A stretch of 64,000 bases of DNA from Eledone cirrhosa (Eukaryota). Both the position numbers and the translations under genes were made by a program. Numbering within the stretch: position 1 is the first letter of the stretch; each line of letters begins with the position of its first letter. The stretch spans positions 53,444,001-53,508,000 of the forward strand of contig OZ024747.1 of the NCBI GenBank assembly GCA_964016885.1, written 5' to 3'. Below the pieces are notes generated by a model. The model was not told where the DNA came from. It worked only from the letters and a program-made list of their open reading frames with translations, and searched no databases. This document shows positions 41,180-56,902 of the stretch, piece by piece.

Positions 41180-41923
41180 ATCAGCAACAATAACAACAGT
41201 AACAATAACAACAACAACAACAACAACAATAATACTGTCTACAAAAACAGTGACATCAGTGATAACAATAACAACAACATCAAACACATCATCATCAACA
41301 ACATCACCAACAACAACAACGTCATCACCTTCAATACCGTCATCAGCAGCAACTACAACTACAACAACAACATCATCATCATCATCATCATCAACATCAA
41401 CAACATAATCAACATCACCATCACCACCAACAGCAACATCATCATCATCATCATCATCAACATCAACATCAACAACATAATCAACAACACCATCACCACC
41501 AACAACAACATCATCATCATCATCATCATCAACATCAACATCAACAACATAATCAACAACACCATCACCACCAACAACAACATCATCATCATCATCATCA
41601 TCAACATCAAATACGACTTCAACAACAGCAACAACAACAACTACAACAACAACAACAACATCAACTACAACAACAATATCTCTGACAATATAAACCAGCA
41701 TGACAGCAAATGTAGGCCATCTTTAATTTAGTCCTTAGGCAAGAATTGTTCAGCTATTTCTGCTTGACCAGTTCATGGTTTATTCATAAGGACCAGCCCT
41801 CTCCTACTCCCTCACAAAAATCTACTCCATAATCTAAAGGTTAACATGTGACCTCTGTTAGGCACTGGAATTATAATCCTGGATACATAGACTAGACAAC
41901 AACCAGCAGCTCTGACTCTATCT

Positions 41924-43283
41924 TCACCACCACCACCACCACCATCACCACCACCACCACCATCATCACCACCACCACCACCACCACCATCACTACCACC
42001 ACCACCATTACCACCACCATCACCACCACCACCACTATCACTGTCACAGCCAGCATCATCACCACCACCACCATCACCACCACCAACATCACCACCACCA
42101 CCACCACCATTACCACCATTACCACCGTCACAGCCAGCATCACCATTGTCACAGCCAGCATCACCACCACCACCACTATCACCACCACTATCACCAATAC
42201 CATCAGCATTACCATGACCACCTCCATTACTACCACCACCACCATCTCTACCACCACCACCATCACTATCACCACCAGAATCACCAACACCACCATTACC
42301 ATCACCACCTCCACCACTATCATTACAACCAGCACTATCACAACCATCTTCACCACCATCACTACCACCACCACTATCACCATCACTACCACCACCACTA
42401 TCACCATCACCACACCATCACTACCACCACCACTATCACCATCACCAACACCATCACTACCACCATCACCACCACCACCACTATCACCATCACCACCACC
42501 ATCACTACCACCACCACTATCACCATCACCACGACCATCACCACACCATCACTACCACCACCACTATCATCATCACCAACACCATCACTACCACCATCAC
42601 TACCACCACCACTATCACCATCACCACCACCATCACTACCACCACTACTATCACCATCACCAACACCATCACTACCACCATCACCACCACCACCACTATC
42701 ACCATCACCACCACCATCACTACCACCACCACTATCACCATCACCACCACCACCACTATCACCATCACTATCACAACCACCATCACTACCACCACCACTA
42801 CCACCATCACCACCACCATCACTACCACCACCACTATCACCATCACCACCACCACCACTATCACCATCACCATCACCACCACCATCACTACCACCACCAC
42901 TATCACCATCACCACCACCATCACTACCACCATCACTACCACCATCACCACCACCATCACTACCACCACCACTATCACCATCACCACCACCACCACTATC
43001 ACCATCACCATCACCACCACCATCACTACCACCACCACTATCACCATCACCACACCATCACTACCACCACCACTATCACCATCACCAACACCATCACTAT
43101 CACCATCACTACCACCATCACTATCACCATCACCAACACCACCACTGCCACAACAACAACAACATCAACAACTACATCATCATTAACAACAGCATCACTA
43201 ACATCAACAAAAAACATCTACAACAACAATATCAACAACAATAACAGCAATAACAGCAAAATCATCAACACCAACAACAACAT

Positions 43284-43315
<32 letters not shown>

Positions 43316-43400
43316 ACAACTACTACAACAACTTCAACAACAACAACAATAACAACATAGACAATATCAACAACAATATCAACAACAACATTAATAATAT
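41924..43400. repeat. (ACC/ATC)n and (AAC)n degenerate trinucleotide array
   Basis: Direct inspection. Confidence 0.9.
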
Positions 43401-44759
43401 TAAAAAAAACAATTGTGACAATGTAAATGAGAATGACAGAAAATGTAGGCCAGATTTAATTCAGACCTTAGGCAAGATTTGTTTTAATATTTCTGCTTGA
43501 CCAGTTCATGGTTTATTCATATAGAACTTATAATTACACACCATTCACTCACCAACCAATCGTAATGAAGGCTTACAATTTAAAAATATAACTGAACTTC
43601 TAATGGTAATTTTAATAATAAATTATAATGATCCACTATATAAAGAAATATTCATGATATCTCCCCCCCTCCACTGCCCACTGCCCACATTACATGATAA
43701 ACCAGAGAATGGTGAACCTCTGAGTTAGAAAGCTTTATAGTAACTTTCAGCTAATATATATTTATGTAAGCTTATATGGGACCAGCTGAGCTAGTTTCAA
43801 ACCTGTATTGGGATTTAATCAGTGACATATCATACATGCCTGTAAATTATTTAGCTAACTGCACAGTTTCTAAAGTTTGTCTCAAGCCAGGAGATTCGTC
43901 AGGCTGGTGCTTATTCAAGTTTTGTGGTGTGAAATGGCTGAGAGTACAAGACCGCCCCCTTTCATCGCAGGGTTGAACCCCCCCCCCCCCAGCTATTGCT
44001 GGTACTCATTTTCAGTTGCATGTATTGGAGCAACGTGAAATGAAGTGTTTGGCTTAAGAACACAGTGTACAACCCAGCCCAGGAATTGAACCCACAATAT
44101 TATGACCATAAGTCCAAAATCCTTACAACTAGGTGCAGTTTCTGAATGACCAAAATATTTCTTTCCTAGATCATGTCCATTGTGGACATGCAATAGCAAA
44201 ATTTAAGGTTTCAAGGCAGCAGTTAGAACTGTCTTTAAAAACAGTGATAAAAACTAGCTTATACTATTATTAATTATCGACTTAAAAAATGTGTGCAAGG
44301 CAGCGAGTTGGCAGAGTCATTAGAATGTCAGATAGAATGTTTTGTGGTAATCATTTTTACTCTCTGTAATCTCTGAGTTCAAATCCTGCCAAGGTCAACT
44401 TTGCCTTTCATCCTTTTAAGGTCAATAAAAAAGTACCAGTCTAGTATTGAGGTCGATATTTCCTCTATATCTCTTTTTCACTTCTCTCTCACTTTCTATC
44501 ATTCTCTGGAAGAAATCTCATGTAATCACTGAACAACATGCCTTGAAGAATTTGAAAGATGTTTACATCACCTAAGTTTCCCAAATGGTCCCTCATCTAA
44601 GTACTAAATAGGTTTGACATTGTTTAACCTCTGTGATTGGACAAGCACTTAGGCTTTCAACATGATAGGGTCATAAACAACAATAAAAACTATTAATACA
44701 TCAACATAGCAGTCATTGTGTTGTCTAAAAAGGGAGGTAATTAAAATATAAGTAACTCA

Positions 44760-45087
44760 CACATGGCTTAGTGGCCTTGCAATCGAAAGGTTGTGAGTTC
44801 AATTCTCAGACCAGGTGATGTGTTGTTTCCTTGAGCAAGACACTTTATTTCACATTGCTCCAGTTTACTCAGTTGTAGAAATGAGATGATAGGGACTAGG
44901 GTCCCTATCATTCCACTGTAAAGTGGTCGTGGAGGTGCCATGGCAGAAATGCACCTACGACTCACTGTAAATGAGGTTGGTGTTAGGAAGGGCATCCAGC
45001 TGTAGAAATCAAGCCAAAATCAGTTCCCATCCCACCCTTGCAAGCAGGGAAAAGCGGACGTAAAAATGATGATGATGATGATGATGA
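44760..45087 (+). mobile_element. SINE family A, head partly deleted
   Basis: Same core and tail. Confidence 0.85.
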
Positions 45088-45749
45088 TATTATCACATGA
45101 CACAGCTACCTACATAATTTCTACAAGTTGTCATTTATAATGTCCAAGAGAAATTTCACAAAATAAAATGTGACAGCTTTCAAAGGACGCCAAGGTCGAA
45201 TAAGGGAGAGCACCCCTCAAAATTCAAAGGTGCTAAAACCTTTTCATTTTTTTAAGATAGAGGGCAACGTTTCCCCTAAACTACATGGATATATGGATGT
45301 ATAGTGGTTCTACTGGTGTTGCACACATTAAACTGTTACCAAACATCTTAGAATATTGTAGCTTTCACACAGTCACTTTCTATTTAAAATTATTTAGCTC
45401 AAGACAGCAAAAAGTTCTGCTCACTGATTGGGTAAAAATTAGAGGGAATTCTTTCTTCTGTGAGGGTGGGGAGGGGACATCAGATTATCACAGAAAGGGG
45501 AATATTTGCTTCTCTATCAGTACCCTACATACAAACACAACTAATGTACCGATTGAACCAATGTTCATTTTATAGGACCTGTGGTTGTTGTTGTCAAATG
45601 AAGACAACAATTATCATCACTTAAAATTTCAGCTACTGTTAATTTGCCAAATAGGAGTAAAATATCTAGTTTATCTGTGAAAATAATCTTCAAAACTTAT
45701 CATTTATAACTACATCTACCTTCACTTTTAATTATTATCAACACCTGAA

Positions 45750-47440
45750 CCCCCCCCACCCCCCACCCCACCACCACCAACACCACCACCACCACTACAA
45801 CCACCCCCACAACTACCACTACCTCTGACAGCAGCACCTCCACCACCACCACTACCACCACCACTACCACCACCAACACCACCACAACCACCAACACCAC
45901 CACCACCACTAACCACAAAAAAAAACTTACACCACCATCACCACCACTACCACCTACACTGCCACCACCACTACAAGCACCACCACCACCACCAACACCA
46001 CCACAACCACCACCACTACCACCTATACTACCACCGCCACCATCAACACCACTACCACAACCACCACTACCACCACCACCATCAACACCACTACCACAAC
46101 CACCACTACCACCACCACCATCAACACCACTACCACAACCACCACTACTACCACCACCACCATCAACACCACTACCACAACCACCACTACCATCACCACC
46201 ATCAACACGACTACCACAACCACCACTACTACCACCACCACCATCAACACCACTACCACAACCACCATCAAAACGACTACCACAACCACCACTACCACCA
46301 CCACCATCAACACCACTACCACAACCACCACTACCACCACCATCATCAACACCACTACCACAACCACCACTACCACCATCACCATCGACCCGACTACCAC
46401 AACCACCACTACCACCACCACCATCAACACCACTACCACAACCACCACTACTACCACCACCACTACCACAACCACCACTACCACCACCACCACTACCACA
46501 ACCATCACTACCACCACCACCATCAACACCACTACCACAACCACCGCCACTACCACCATCACCATCGACCCGACTACCACAACCACCACTACCACCACCA
46601 CCATCAACACCACTACCACAACCACCACCACTACCACCACCACCATCAACCCAACTACCACAACCACCACTACCACCACCACCATCAACACCACTACCAC
46701 AACCACCACTACTACCACCACCACCATCAACACCACTACCACAACCACCACAACCACCACTACCACAACCACCATCAACACCACTAACACAACCACCACT
46801 ACTACCACCACCACCATCAAAACCTCTACCACAACCACCACTACCACCACCACCACCATCAACACCACTACCACAACCACCACCACTACCACCACCACCA
46901 TCAACACCACTACCACAACCATCACTACCACCACTACCATCAACACCACTACCACAACCACCACTACCACCACCACCATCAACACCACTACCACAACCAC
47001 CACTACCACCACCACCATCAACACCACTACCACAACCACCACTACCACCACCACCATCAACACCACTACCATAACCACCACTACCACCAGCACCATCAAC
47101 ACCACTACCACAACCACCACTACTACCACCAACACCACTACCACAACCACCTCTACTACCACCACCACCATCAACACCACTACCACAACCACCACTACCA
47201 CCAGCACCATCAACACCACTACCACAACCACCACTACTACCACCAACACCACTACCACAACCACCTCTACTACCACCACCACCATCAACACCACTACCAC
47301 AACCACCACTACCACCACCACCATCAACACCACTACCACAACCAGCACTACCACCACTACCACCACCACCATCAACACCACTACCACTACCACAACCACC
47401 ACCACCACCACCATCAACAACAACAACAACAACAACAACA
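45750..47440. repeat. (CCA)n-derived array with 33-36 bp period
   Basis: CCATCAACACCACTACCACAACCACCACTACCA repeated. Confidence 0.9.
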
Positions 47441-47789
47441 GCAGTAGTTACATATATCCTATACTCATCTACCATTTCTCAGTCTTATTAAAATAACAAC
47501 CATAGAGGATGTTTTAAATTTGAAGAATTCAAAAATATTTTTTATTATCTGCCCTATTTTTCTCCCTAATTTATTTCTCATCATTCTTTTTTTCCTAACA
47601 ATCTGATCTAACCCCTAAATTGTGCCCCTTTTCTTACCCTCATTCATGTCTAATATCATCTTATTCCCATATTCGAAGCAATTTCTTGCTTCGTGTTTTT
47701 TTTCTTAAATTTCTAAATTTTGTTTGAAGAGATTTATTATCATATTGCTCTTTTAATATATTTTATCATCTATATAGAGATACACACAC

Positions 47790-48630
47790 AGATATATACA
47801 TACATACATACGCATGCACATACGTATATACATATGTGTACATACATACATACATATACATATACATATGTGTACATACATACATACATACACATACGTA
47901 TATACATATGGGTACATACATACATACATACATATACATATACATATGTGTACATACATACATACACACACATACGTATATACATATGTGTACATACATA
48001 CATATACATATGTGTACATACATACATACATACATGCACATACGTATATACATATGTGTACATACATACATACATATACATATACATATGTGTACATACA
48101 TACATACATACACATACGTATATACATATGGGTGCATACATACATACATACATATACATATACATATGTGTACATACATACATACACATACGTATATACA
48201 TATGTGTACATACATACATATACATATGTGTACATACATACATACATACATGCACATACGTATATACATATGTGTACATACATACATACATACATATACA
48301 TATACATATGTGTACATACATACATACACACACATACGTATATACATATGTGTACATACATACATATACATATACATATGTGTACATACATACATACATA
48401 CACATACGTATATACATATGGGTACATACATACATACATACATATACATATACATATGTGTACATACATACATACACATACGTATATACATATGTGTACA
48501 TACATACATATACATATGTGTACATACATACATACATACATACATGCACATACGTATATACATATGTGTACATATATATACTCACACATTCACATACACA
48601 CATACATGCATACATACATACACACACATA
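47790..48630. repeat. (TACA)n-derived satellite
   Basis: CATACGTATATACATATGTGTACATA repeated. Confidence 0.9.
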
Positions 48631-48637
48631 GATAAAT

Positions 48638-48688
<51 letters not shown>

Positions 48689-48799
48689 CATGCATGTATG
48701 TATATGTATGTATGTCTCTACATGCATCTATATAACTTTCATTCTCAAAAACTCCCTTCTCAACTAAGATATATATATAGATATATACACACATATATG

Positions 48800-48833
<34 letters not shown>

Positions 48834-48999
48834 AATATATATATATATGTATATAACCCATGATAGCGTGGAATATAGACGTTAAACGATGATGATGATG
48901 ATGATGGTGATGATATATGTGTGTGTGTGTGTGTATATATGTTTGTGTATGTAAATATTTACGTATAAAATTCTATACATGTAACTACACTTTAGTGTT

Positions 49000-49032
<33 letters not shown>

Positions 49033-49703
49033 AAAAAAAAAAAAAATAAGAATATATATTTCTTCAAACACACATAAAAAAACATACATACATTTATATA
49101 CACATCTGAGTACCATCATATATATATATATATATACATTTCTATATAATTCGGGTGCTTGTGTATGTGTTGATGGATGCATACATGTGTGTATATATAT
49201 ATACGTATTCTTGAATTATACTTTGTGAGTATGTGAGTGTATATATATCTTTTCAAATAAGCTATTTTTCCAAATAATAATTTCATATTTTCATTCTTTT
49301 TTCCATATTAATAATCACAGACTTTAATTTTTTGGTGCCAAAACTATTATTTTTTTCCCTATTATCTTACATCTATATACATAAATATATATATACATCT
49401 ATAAATACATACATATATATATATATATTGCTTCTTTAACACTTTTCCTATTTTTACAATTCCTTTATCTTATATTTTTTCATTCATTTTTAACATTCAA
49501 TTTATTTCCCTCTTATCTGAATTAGGAATCCCATATTGGATAAACTAAGTAAATAGTAGGGGTTGAAATCTTATTTGTATTTCAAATTTTTTTTTACAAA
49601 TCATGAGGGAAGCATATATATATGTGTATGCACCCACCCCACTCTCTCTCTCTCTCTCTTTATATATATATATATGTATATACACATGTATATATATCCA
49701 CAC

Positions 49704-49768
<65 letters not shown>

Positions 49769-50669
49769 AATGTATGTATATATATATATATATGTATATT
49801 TATATATTTGAAAATAAGAGAAAAGTGGAAAATATTGAATTAAAAAAAAAATTACTTGCTCACCTCTCTCTCTCTCTCTCTCTCCCTCACTCTTCCCCTC
49901 CTTCTCTCCCTCTATCTCTTCACAATGACAAAATCAATGGCTAAAGGGGAAGTAAAGACAGCAAGGGGTGTGGGTAGGGGGAGATAACTAAGATAATAAA
50001 ATATGATAAAATATAATGAAAAAACATATCCAATTGTTGAAAATACAGAAAGAACGAAAGAAACTAATAAGAAAAAAATATTCAAATAAAATATTTGATG
50101 CAGAGAAAAAAAAAAGGGGGTGATTGAAGAAAAAATATAATTGAATGAAAAAAATATTCTTCAGAAATAGAAAATGAATTATGACAACACCGACACACAC
50201 ACTCACACAATCATCCACATACACACATATAAAGATCTATACATATGTTTATTCACACACACATTTGCATACACATACAGGCTCATAAAACACATACATA
50301 TGTACAAACATACATACTTACATACATACACACATACATATATGTATACATACATACATACCATACATATATATATATTTACATACATACACACATACAT
50401 ATATGCATACATACATACCATACATATATATATATTTACATACATACACACAAACATACATGCATACATACATACATACACACACATGTACTTACATACA
50501 TACACATATACATACACACATTCACCGGTAAACAAAAAAATCTGAATTAAAGATAAATTCGAAAATAAACATGAACAGTCATATTAAAGTAAATGAAGAC
50601 ACATTACTGATGTATACACACATCATCTAACTCTCATATATATATATACACTCACTCACATATCCATTT

Positions 50670-50705
<36 letters not shown>

Positions 50706-51325
50706 CTGACATTGCATATATACATATTTAAATCAAATAATTCATATATGCTTATGTATGCTTTCATTAAAATCAATCAATCTATCTATCTATCTCCACA
50801 GAAACACACACAAACACACACAGACAGACACACACTCACACGCTCATATATACAGGGATGGAAGGAAGTGAAGAACTTCATTATTCTCAGCTTGGGATAC
50901 TGGTTTCTAAACATCCAACAGCAATATCTAACTTTCCAATTTCATTTCTTAATATTCTATTAATATCTAAAATTATCCATATATAATCCATATATTTCCA
51001 ATGTAATAGAATATTTTTAATCTACAGCTCTTGTGATACTATATGTAGCTGTAAAAAGCACATTATTAACTCTTATGAAACATTACACTTATCGATGTGT
51101 AGAGTTTTAGTGTAAGACAAATACAATATATGTATATATGTATGTATGTATTATGTGTATATTATCACCATCATCATCGTTTTTTCCATATTGGCATGGG
51201 TTGAACAGGACATTTTGTGGTAATGTTTTACAATTCAGATGCTATTCCTGATGCTATCCCATTTTGTTACTTCCCACAACACTCAAGGTCTTTCTTATTC
51301 TGAACCAGATACACATGCATATATA

Positions 51326-51660
51326 TCATCATTTCATTTTACGTCCGGTTTTTCCCTGCTTGCAAGGGTGGGACAGTAACTGATTTTGGCTTGATTTCTA
51401 CAGCTGGAGGCCCTTCCTAACACCAACATCATTTACAGTGAGTGCTGGGTGCTTTTTTGCCAAGGCACCTCCACGACCACTTTGCAGTGGAATGATATGG
51501 ACCCCAGTCCCTATTATCTCATTTCTACAGCTGAGTAAACTGGAGCAATGTGAAATAAAGTGTCTTGCTCAAGGAAACAACACATCACCTGGTCTGAGAA
51601 TTGAACTCACAACCTTTCGATTGCAAGGCCAATGCTCTAATCACTAAGCCATGTGCCTCC
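51326..51660 (-). mobile_element. SINE family A
   Basis: Same head, core and tail. Confidence 0.85.
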
Positions 51661-51673
51661 ATATATATATGTG

Positions 51674-51708
<35 letters not shown>

Positions 51709-51895
51709 GTGGGTGTGTATGTGTGTGAGTGAGTGTGAACTCTGTAAGATAGTTGGTGGTAAAAAGGGCATCCAACTGTAGAAACCATGCTAGTATGGAA
51801 AACAGGCATAAATCAATGATGATAATGATGATGATGATATAGTAGCAAGAAACTTTATGGAGAGTTGAACAGAAGGTCTTCAGAGAATAAATTAC

Positions 51896-52005
51896 CTGCC
51901 ATGTAAGGTTTTCAATCCTTAACACTTTATACTCTGAAGAGAGGCTGGGTAACATCCATGTCCTGACCCCTGAGTACCATTCTGTTGTCATATTTAATCC
52001 ATTAC
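51896..52005 (-). CDS. Candidate internal coding exon of an unidentified gene
   Basis: ctctaatag|GT ... CAG|gtaatt. Only one frame is open: NGLNMTTEWYSGVRTWMLPSLSSEYKVLRIENLTWQ. Confidence 0.35.
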
Positions 52006-52525
52006 CTATTAGAGACTTGTACATAGGGTATTTAAGCCATTATCGCTTCTGTTGCTCCTCAACCATATCCAGCTGGAACTTCTCTTTACTATTGCCTTTA
52101 AGACTTTACTACTCTTCTTCCCAGGATTTCTAATTTAAACTCAAAACCAGCAGGTTTGGAGGAAGGGGAAAGTCGATTATTTACCCCCAATATTTAACAG
52201 CTACTTTATCTTATCGACCACAAAATTATGAAAATTAAAGTTGACCTCAGCAGAAGTTACAGTCAGCACATACAAAAACTTAAGTAACTACAGTAAAGTC
52301 TAATGCTTTGCTGATACTGCCATGAGATTTTGAACAAAAGGGTTTGCAGATAAATAGGCCTCTGGTTTCAAATTCTGGGAATTAGAAAGCAGCAGAGATT
52401 AAATGTGGGTTTACATTTATGACCTAGAAACCAAAGTTCAATCATTACAGTGTAATCATCCAGCATTATTAGTCTGTATTAATAGAACCTACCCCAACTC
52501 TCTCTCTCTCTGTATTAATAGAACC

Positions 52526-52772
52526 GTACCAGTAATGTACTGGGTAATTGCTGGCCTTGTGCCAAAAGTAGAAACAATTATTAGTGTGGATGGGCAGTAT
52601 CGGTAGAGGGTCGGATGCCATGCTTTGACACATCGAGTTACGGCCCTTGCCATTCTGAGTTCAAATCGTGCTAATGTTAACTTTGCATTTCATCCTTACG
52701 GTGTTGATAAAAAAAAGTACCAGTAATACACTGGATAATTGCTGGCCTTGTGCCAAAAGTAGAAACAATTAT
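52526..52772 (+). mobile_element. SINE family B preceded by a duplicate of its own 3' end
   Basis: GTACCAGTAAT...AGAAACAATTATTAGTGT occurs at about 52526-52577 and 52727-52778. Confidence 0.75.
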
Positions 52773-53067
52773 TAGTGTCCAACTTGCCAGCTATGTTAGC
52801 TATAGAACAAATCAAAGTAATGCTGAGTATTTTTTTTACTACAAGTCATTGTACATCATAAATATACACCTGAAGGAAAAACAGTTACACGGGAATGATA
52901 TCAGGAAGTCCTCTGATGTCTTTCTAATACAGTTCAGTTCAACTGACTGGATCTGTAGGTCTTGCAAATGAGAATGCCCCCGTTAATTTGTTTCAGGTGA
53001 TCCAAGCTTTATTTGCAAAGAAAGGCAATTTTCTCATTTGCCCAGTGTCTTAGTCTCAACTCATGGC

Positions 53068-53392
53068 TTGTGACACCTTTGATAGCCAAGAAAACATCAT
53101 ATGACCTGTGACACCAGAGCTGGTGTCATTCTAGTCCTGACAAATTTAAGAGTTTAGGGGACATCATGTGGCCTGTGACACAAGAGCTCGGTGTTCATTC
53201 TAGTCCTGACACCTTTGTCAACCAAGGAGACATCATGTGAACTGTGACACAAGAGCTGGGTGTTCACTCAAGTCCTGACACCTTTTTGAGCCAAGGGGAC
53301 ATCATGTTACCTATGACAACAGAGTCGGGTGACACTCTAGTCCTGACACCTTTGATAGCCAAGAGGACATTGTGTGGTCTGAGACAACAGTG
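53068..53392. repeat. Diverged minisatellite, ~65-69 bp x ~5
   Basis: TGACACCTTT...GCCAAG..GACATCATGTG.CCTGTGACAC.AGAGCT...CTAGTCC repeated. Confidence 0.8.
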
Positions 53393-53741
53393 TTAAGAGA
53401 CATTTTAGAAGAAATTGTTCAGATGTGTTTTGGATCAGTGGAAGAATTGTTAGGCTAAGTGTGGGGAGTCACAAGGGGCCTACATAAAGAGGAGTAGTCA
53501 GTGAAACCCACCATGTATGGAATTTGTTTTCCTAACCTAAGTTGGGATACTTTTTCAAGAGATCTTGTATGTGTGTGTATATCTATATATACAGAGAGTG
53601 AGAGAGGTGGGGAGAATCTGCAGTGCTGAGGCCGATGAGACCACTAATCATGGGAGTACTCAATGCACGGGGAGATGCAAAGTGGGTATAGAAAAATGTA
53701 AAATCTCAAAACCGCTTGGCGCTGCGGTCGGGATTTTATAT

Positions 53742-54035
53742 ATCATCATCATCATCATCATTTCATTTTATGTCCGCTTTTCCCTGCTTGCAAGGGTAGG
53801 ACGGGAACTGATTCTGGCTTGATTTCTACAGCTGGATGCCCTTCCTAACACCAACCTCATTTACAGTGAGTGCTGTGTGCTTTTTTTCCGTGGCGCCTAC
53901 ACATCCACTTTACAGTGTGGGCTGGGTGCTTTTTTTGCCGTGGCACATCCACGACCACTTTGCAGTGGAATGATAGGAACCCCAGTCCCTATCATCTCAT
54001 TTCTACAGCTGAGTAAACTGGAGCAATGTGAAATA
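53742..54035 (-). mobile_element. SINE family A variant, headless, carrying both LINE-UTR repeat units
   Basis: Contains the extra ...GTGTAGGCGCCACGGAAAAAAAGCAC unit seen in the LINE UTR. Confidence 0.8.
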
Positions 54036-54200
54036 AATATACATATACATATACAGATGTGGATTCGACTCCCATGTACGTCAATACTCATCTTTTTCCA
54101 TTTATCTGAGGGTTCTAAACCACGTTATCAAGCTAAAATTCCTTTAGTCAAAAATACGGTGAAAGCTATATATTTTCTAATACATATATATATATATAGT

Positions 54201-54482
54201 GGAGGCACATGGCCTAGTGGTAAGGGTGTTGGACTTATGATCATAATGTCGTGGGCTCGATTCCTGGGTTGCGTGTTGTGTTCTTGAGCAAAACACTTCA
54301 TTTCACGTTGCTCCAGTATACTCAGCTGAAAATTAGTACCAGCAATAGCTGGAGGTTTAACCCTGTGATGGACTGGCGTTCTGTCCAGGGGGGAGTCTTG
54401 TACTCTCAGTCGCTTCACGCCATGAAACCGGGATAAGCACCGGCCAAATGAACCTTCTGGCTTAAGACAGACTTTAGACTTT
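54201..54482 (+). mobile_element. tRNA/CORE-like SINE with a different tail (relatives: ~43870-44130 minus, ~54967-55210 plus)
   Basis: GGAGGCACATGGCCTAGTGG head and TTCTTGAGCAAAACACTT core. The tail reads AACCCTGTGATGGACTGG...GAAACCGGGATAAGC...AGACTTT. Confidence 0.7.
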
Positions 54483-54530
54483 TATATATATATATATATA
54501 TCTTTCTCTCAATTTATCATAGGTTGCACT

Positions 54531-54574
<44 letters not shown>

Positions 54575-56137
54575 GCCCAGATACACACATCTCCATATTT
54601 TAGGTCATAAATTTGTGACAGATCATAAATTTTGGCTAAGTTTTAATGGCACTGGCATTAGAACAAGAAATAAGATATAATGGAAAATACAAAACTGAAA
54701 CTAAAACTACATATACACATATATCATCCTTTAGCCATCTTTAAATATATACTCATTCATACACACACACATAAACATACGACCATGCACATACACAAAT
54801 AATGATTCACACAATCATATATATGCATCCCTCCCCCACACAACACATGCATATATACCCATATACATGCACTCACAAATTCACATATAATCCCCACAGA
54901 AACATAATATACACACACATACATATATGCATACATATGCATATATGTACATATGTACATATGTAAAGGTGCATAGCTTAGTGGTTAGAGCATTGGGCTC
55001 GCAATCGATAGGTTGTGAGTTTGATTCTCGGACTGGTTGATTCGTTGTTTCCTTGAGCAAGACACTTTATTTCACGTTGTTCCAGTTTACTTAGCCGTAG
55101 AAATGAGTTGCGATGTCACTGGTGCCAAGCTGTATCAGCCATTGCCTTTCCCTTGGACAACATCGGTGGTGTGGAAAAGGGCAGGCTGGTCTTCCACAAA
55201 CAACCTTGCCTACCAAAGAGGGTTCTTTTTTTTCTTTTACATACATTCATGCATACATACATGCATTTATACTTACAAAAATACGTACATATTTACAGAT
55301 AGACTGAGGTTTACCAAAAGAGGTTCCTGGAGAAGCCATCTTTGATATTATTGGTTATCCTGGGAACTGGCCAGAGACAGATGTAATGTTGTCAGCACAG
55401 CAAACAGTCTTTATCAGTTTTTCTAAACTAAATTTCCTTTGACAATATCAGCCCAACCCCTGTAAATACTGACTGGTACTTATTCTAAACTACAATTGAA
55501 ATGATAGAAGGGTGTGTGCTGAGAAAAAAAAAAGGGGGGGGGGTATTATTGTGCTGAGCAGTGATGGTGGTCTGCATTTTTGTATGATGGTGGATTTAAT
55601 GTTGTAGATAAGCTGTGCATTAGTAGAATCATGAGGATATGATGTCCTAGAGGTTAGAATAGTTATAAGATCATTGGTTCCATTCCTAGACTGAGTGATG
55701 TGTTGCCTTCTTGAGAAAAGATACTTTCATTCATATTACTCCTTCTGCCAGGAGTTACATCCAGATATAATATCAACAGTGGAGAGATCAATGCATACAT
55801 AATTTCCTTGGTCAAGTCTGATGAATTGCTGGGCAGATTTTACAGGCAAAACCAACCAGCAGGGGACCAAGGCATAGACCCCAAGCAAGATGTTTGGATA
55901 ACGTCCATGAGCAAGCTTTGCTGGTCTTGCTTGGGGATCAAACAAGATCAGCTGGAGGTGGTTGCTTCAAACAGGACCAGCTGCACTCTGACCCCCAAGA
56001 CCCTCTCAGGAATAAGTGTGCGAAGAAGAAGAAGAAGAAGTCCAATGACTGGCTACATTCCCTTTTTAGGGCATCAAGTAGTGGTATTTATTCCAGCTCT
56101 CTGTACTTAGAGTTCAAATCCTACTGAGATCAATTTT

Positions 56138-56302
56138 GGTGTTGAGAAAATGACCTACCAATTCGGTGTTGATAAAATAACCTACCAGTTGATAAAATCA
56201 CCTACCAATTCGGTGTTGATAAAATAACCTACCAGTTGATAAAATCACCTACCAATTCGGTGTTGATAAAATAACCTACCAGTTGATAAAATCACCTACC
56301 AG
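56138..56302. repeat. Tandem repeat (45-bp dimeric unit)
   Basis: GTTGATAAAAT(A/C)ACCTACCA variants at the end of a decayed SINE-B head. Confidence 0.8.
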
Positions 56303-56902
56303 CCTACAGAGCAGAGATTTATCAGAATAGTTAAAGTGTTGTATAAGATCCCTGAAAGTATCTGTTCTATCAATCTATACTCTGAGTTTAAATGGTTAAA
56401 TTATTGTATAAGATCCCTGAGAGTATCTATAGTGGTGGAAGTGTATGTTTTAGTGTAGCTGTAATGGTGGTGGTGTTGTTGCTGGTGTAGTTCTTTTTGT
56501 GGTGGCAGCACTGGTGGTAGGGGTTATGATGGTGGTGATGGTGGTAAATAGTTGAGTTTATTGTTACAGATTTGTTTAGCCCCAGATCTGTTCTAGCTTA
56601 GTTGACCAAGATAAACTCTGTTCCAGCCATAATCATCCCTTTCTAGTTTCCAAACATTGGATATCTACAACTAGATTATCCAATCTGTGAGATGTTTATC
56701 AAAGTGTGTGCTGGCAAAGACATAGGGAGAAAATCCGACCAAACAAATTGATGAGAGGACTCTTCAGTTGTGTCAATGGTATGTGACAAACTCCCTAGTG
56801 ATGGCGCCATAATAAGTTGCAAGTAATACACTCTGTAAAGTGCTGAAATATATGTAAGAAAGTTGTAGACCTCCACCCCATCTGAGAGACCATAAGTTCT
56901 GT

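Noticed and set aside
42214-43500. 428-aa Thr/His/Asn-rich ORF
   Set aside because: Trinucleotide repeat translation.
45700-47475. 591-aa Gly/Ser/Cys-rich ORF resembling a structural protein
   Set aside because: It lies in a (GGT)n-derived array where another frame is also open (poly-Val). There is no N-terminal signal peptide or unique domain, so it is unsupported without expression data.
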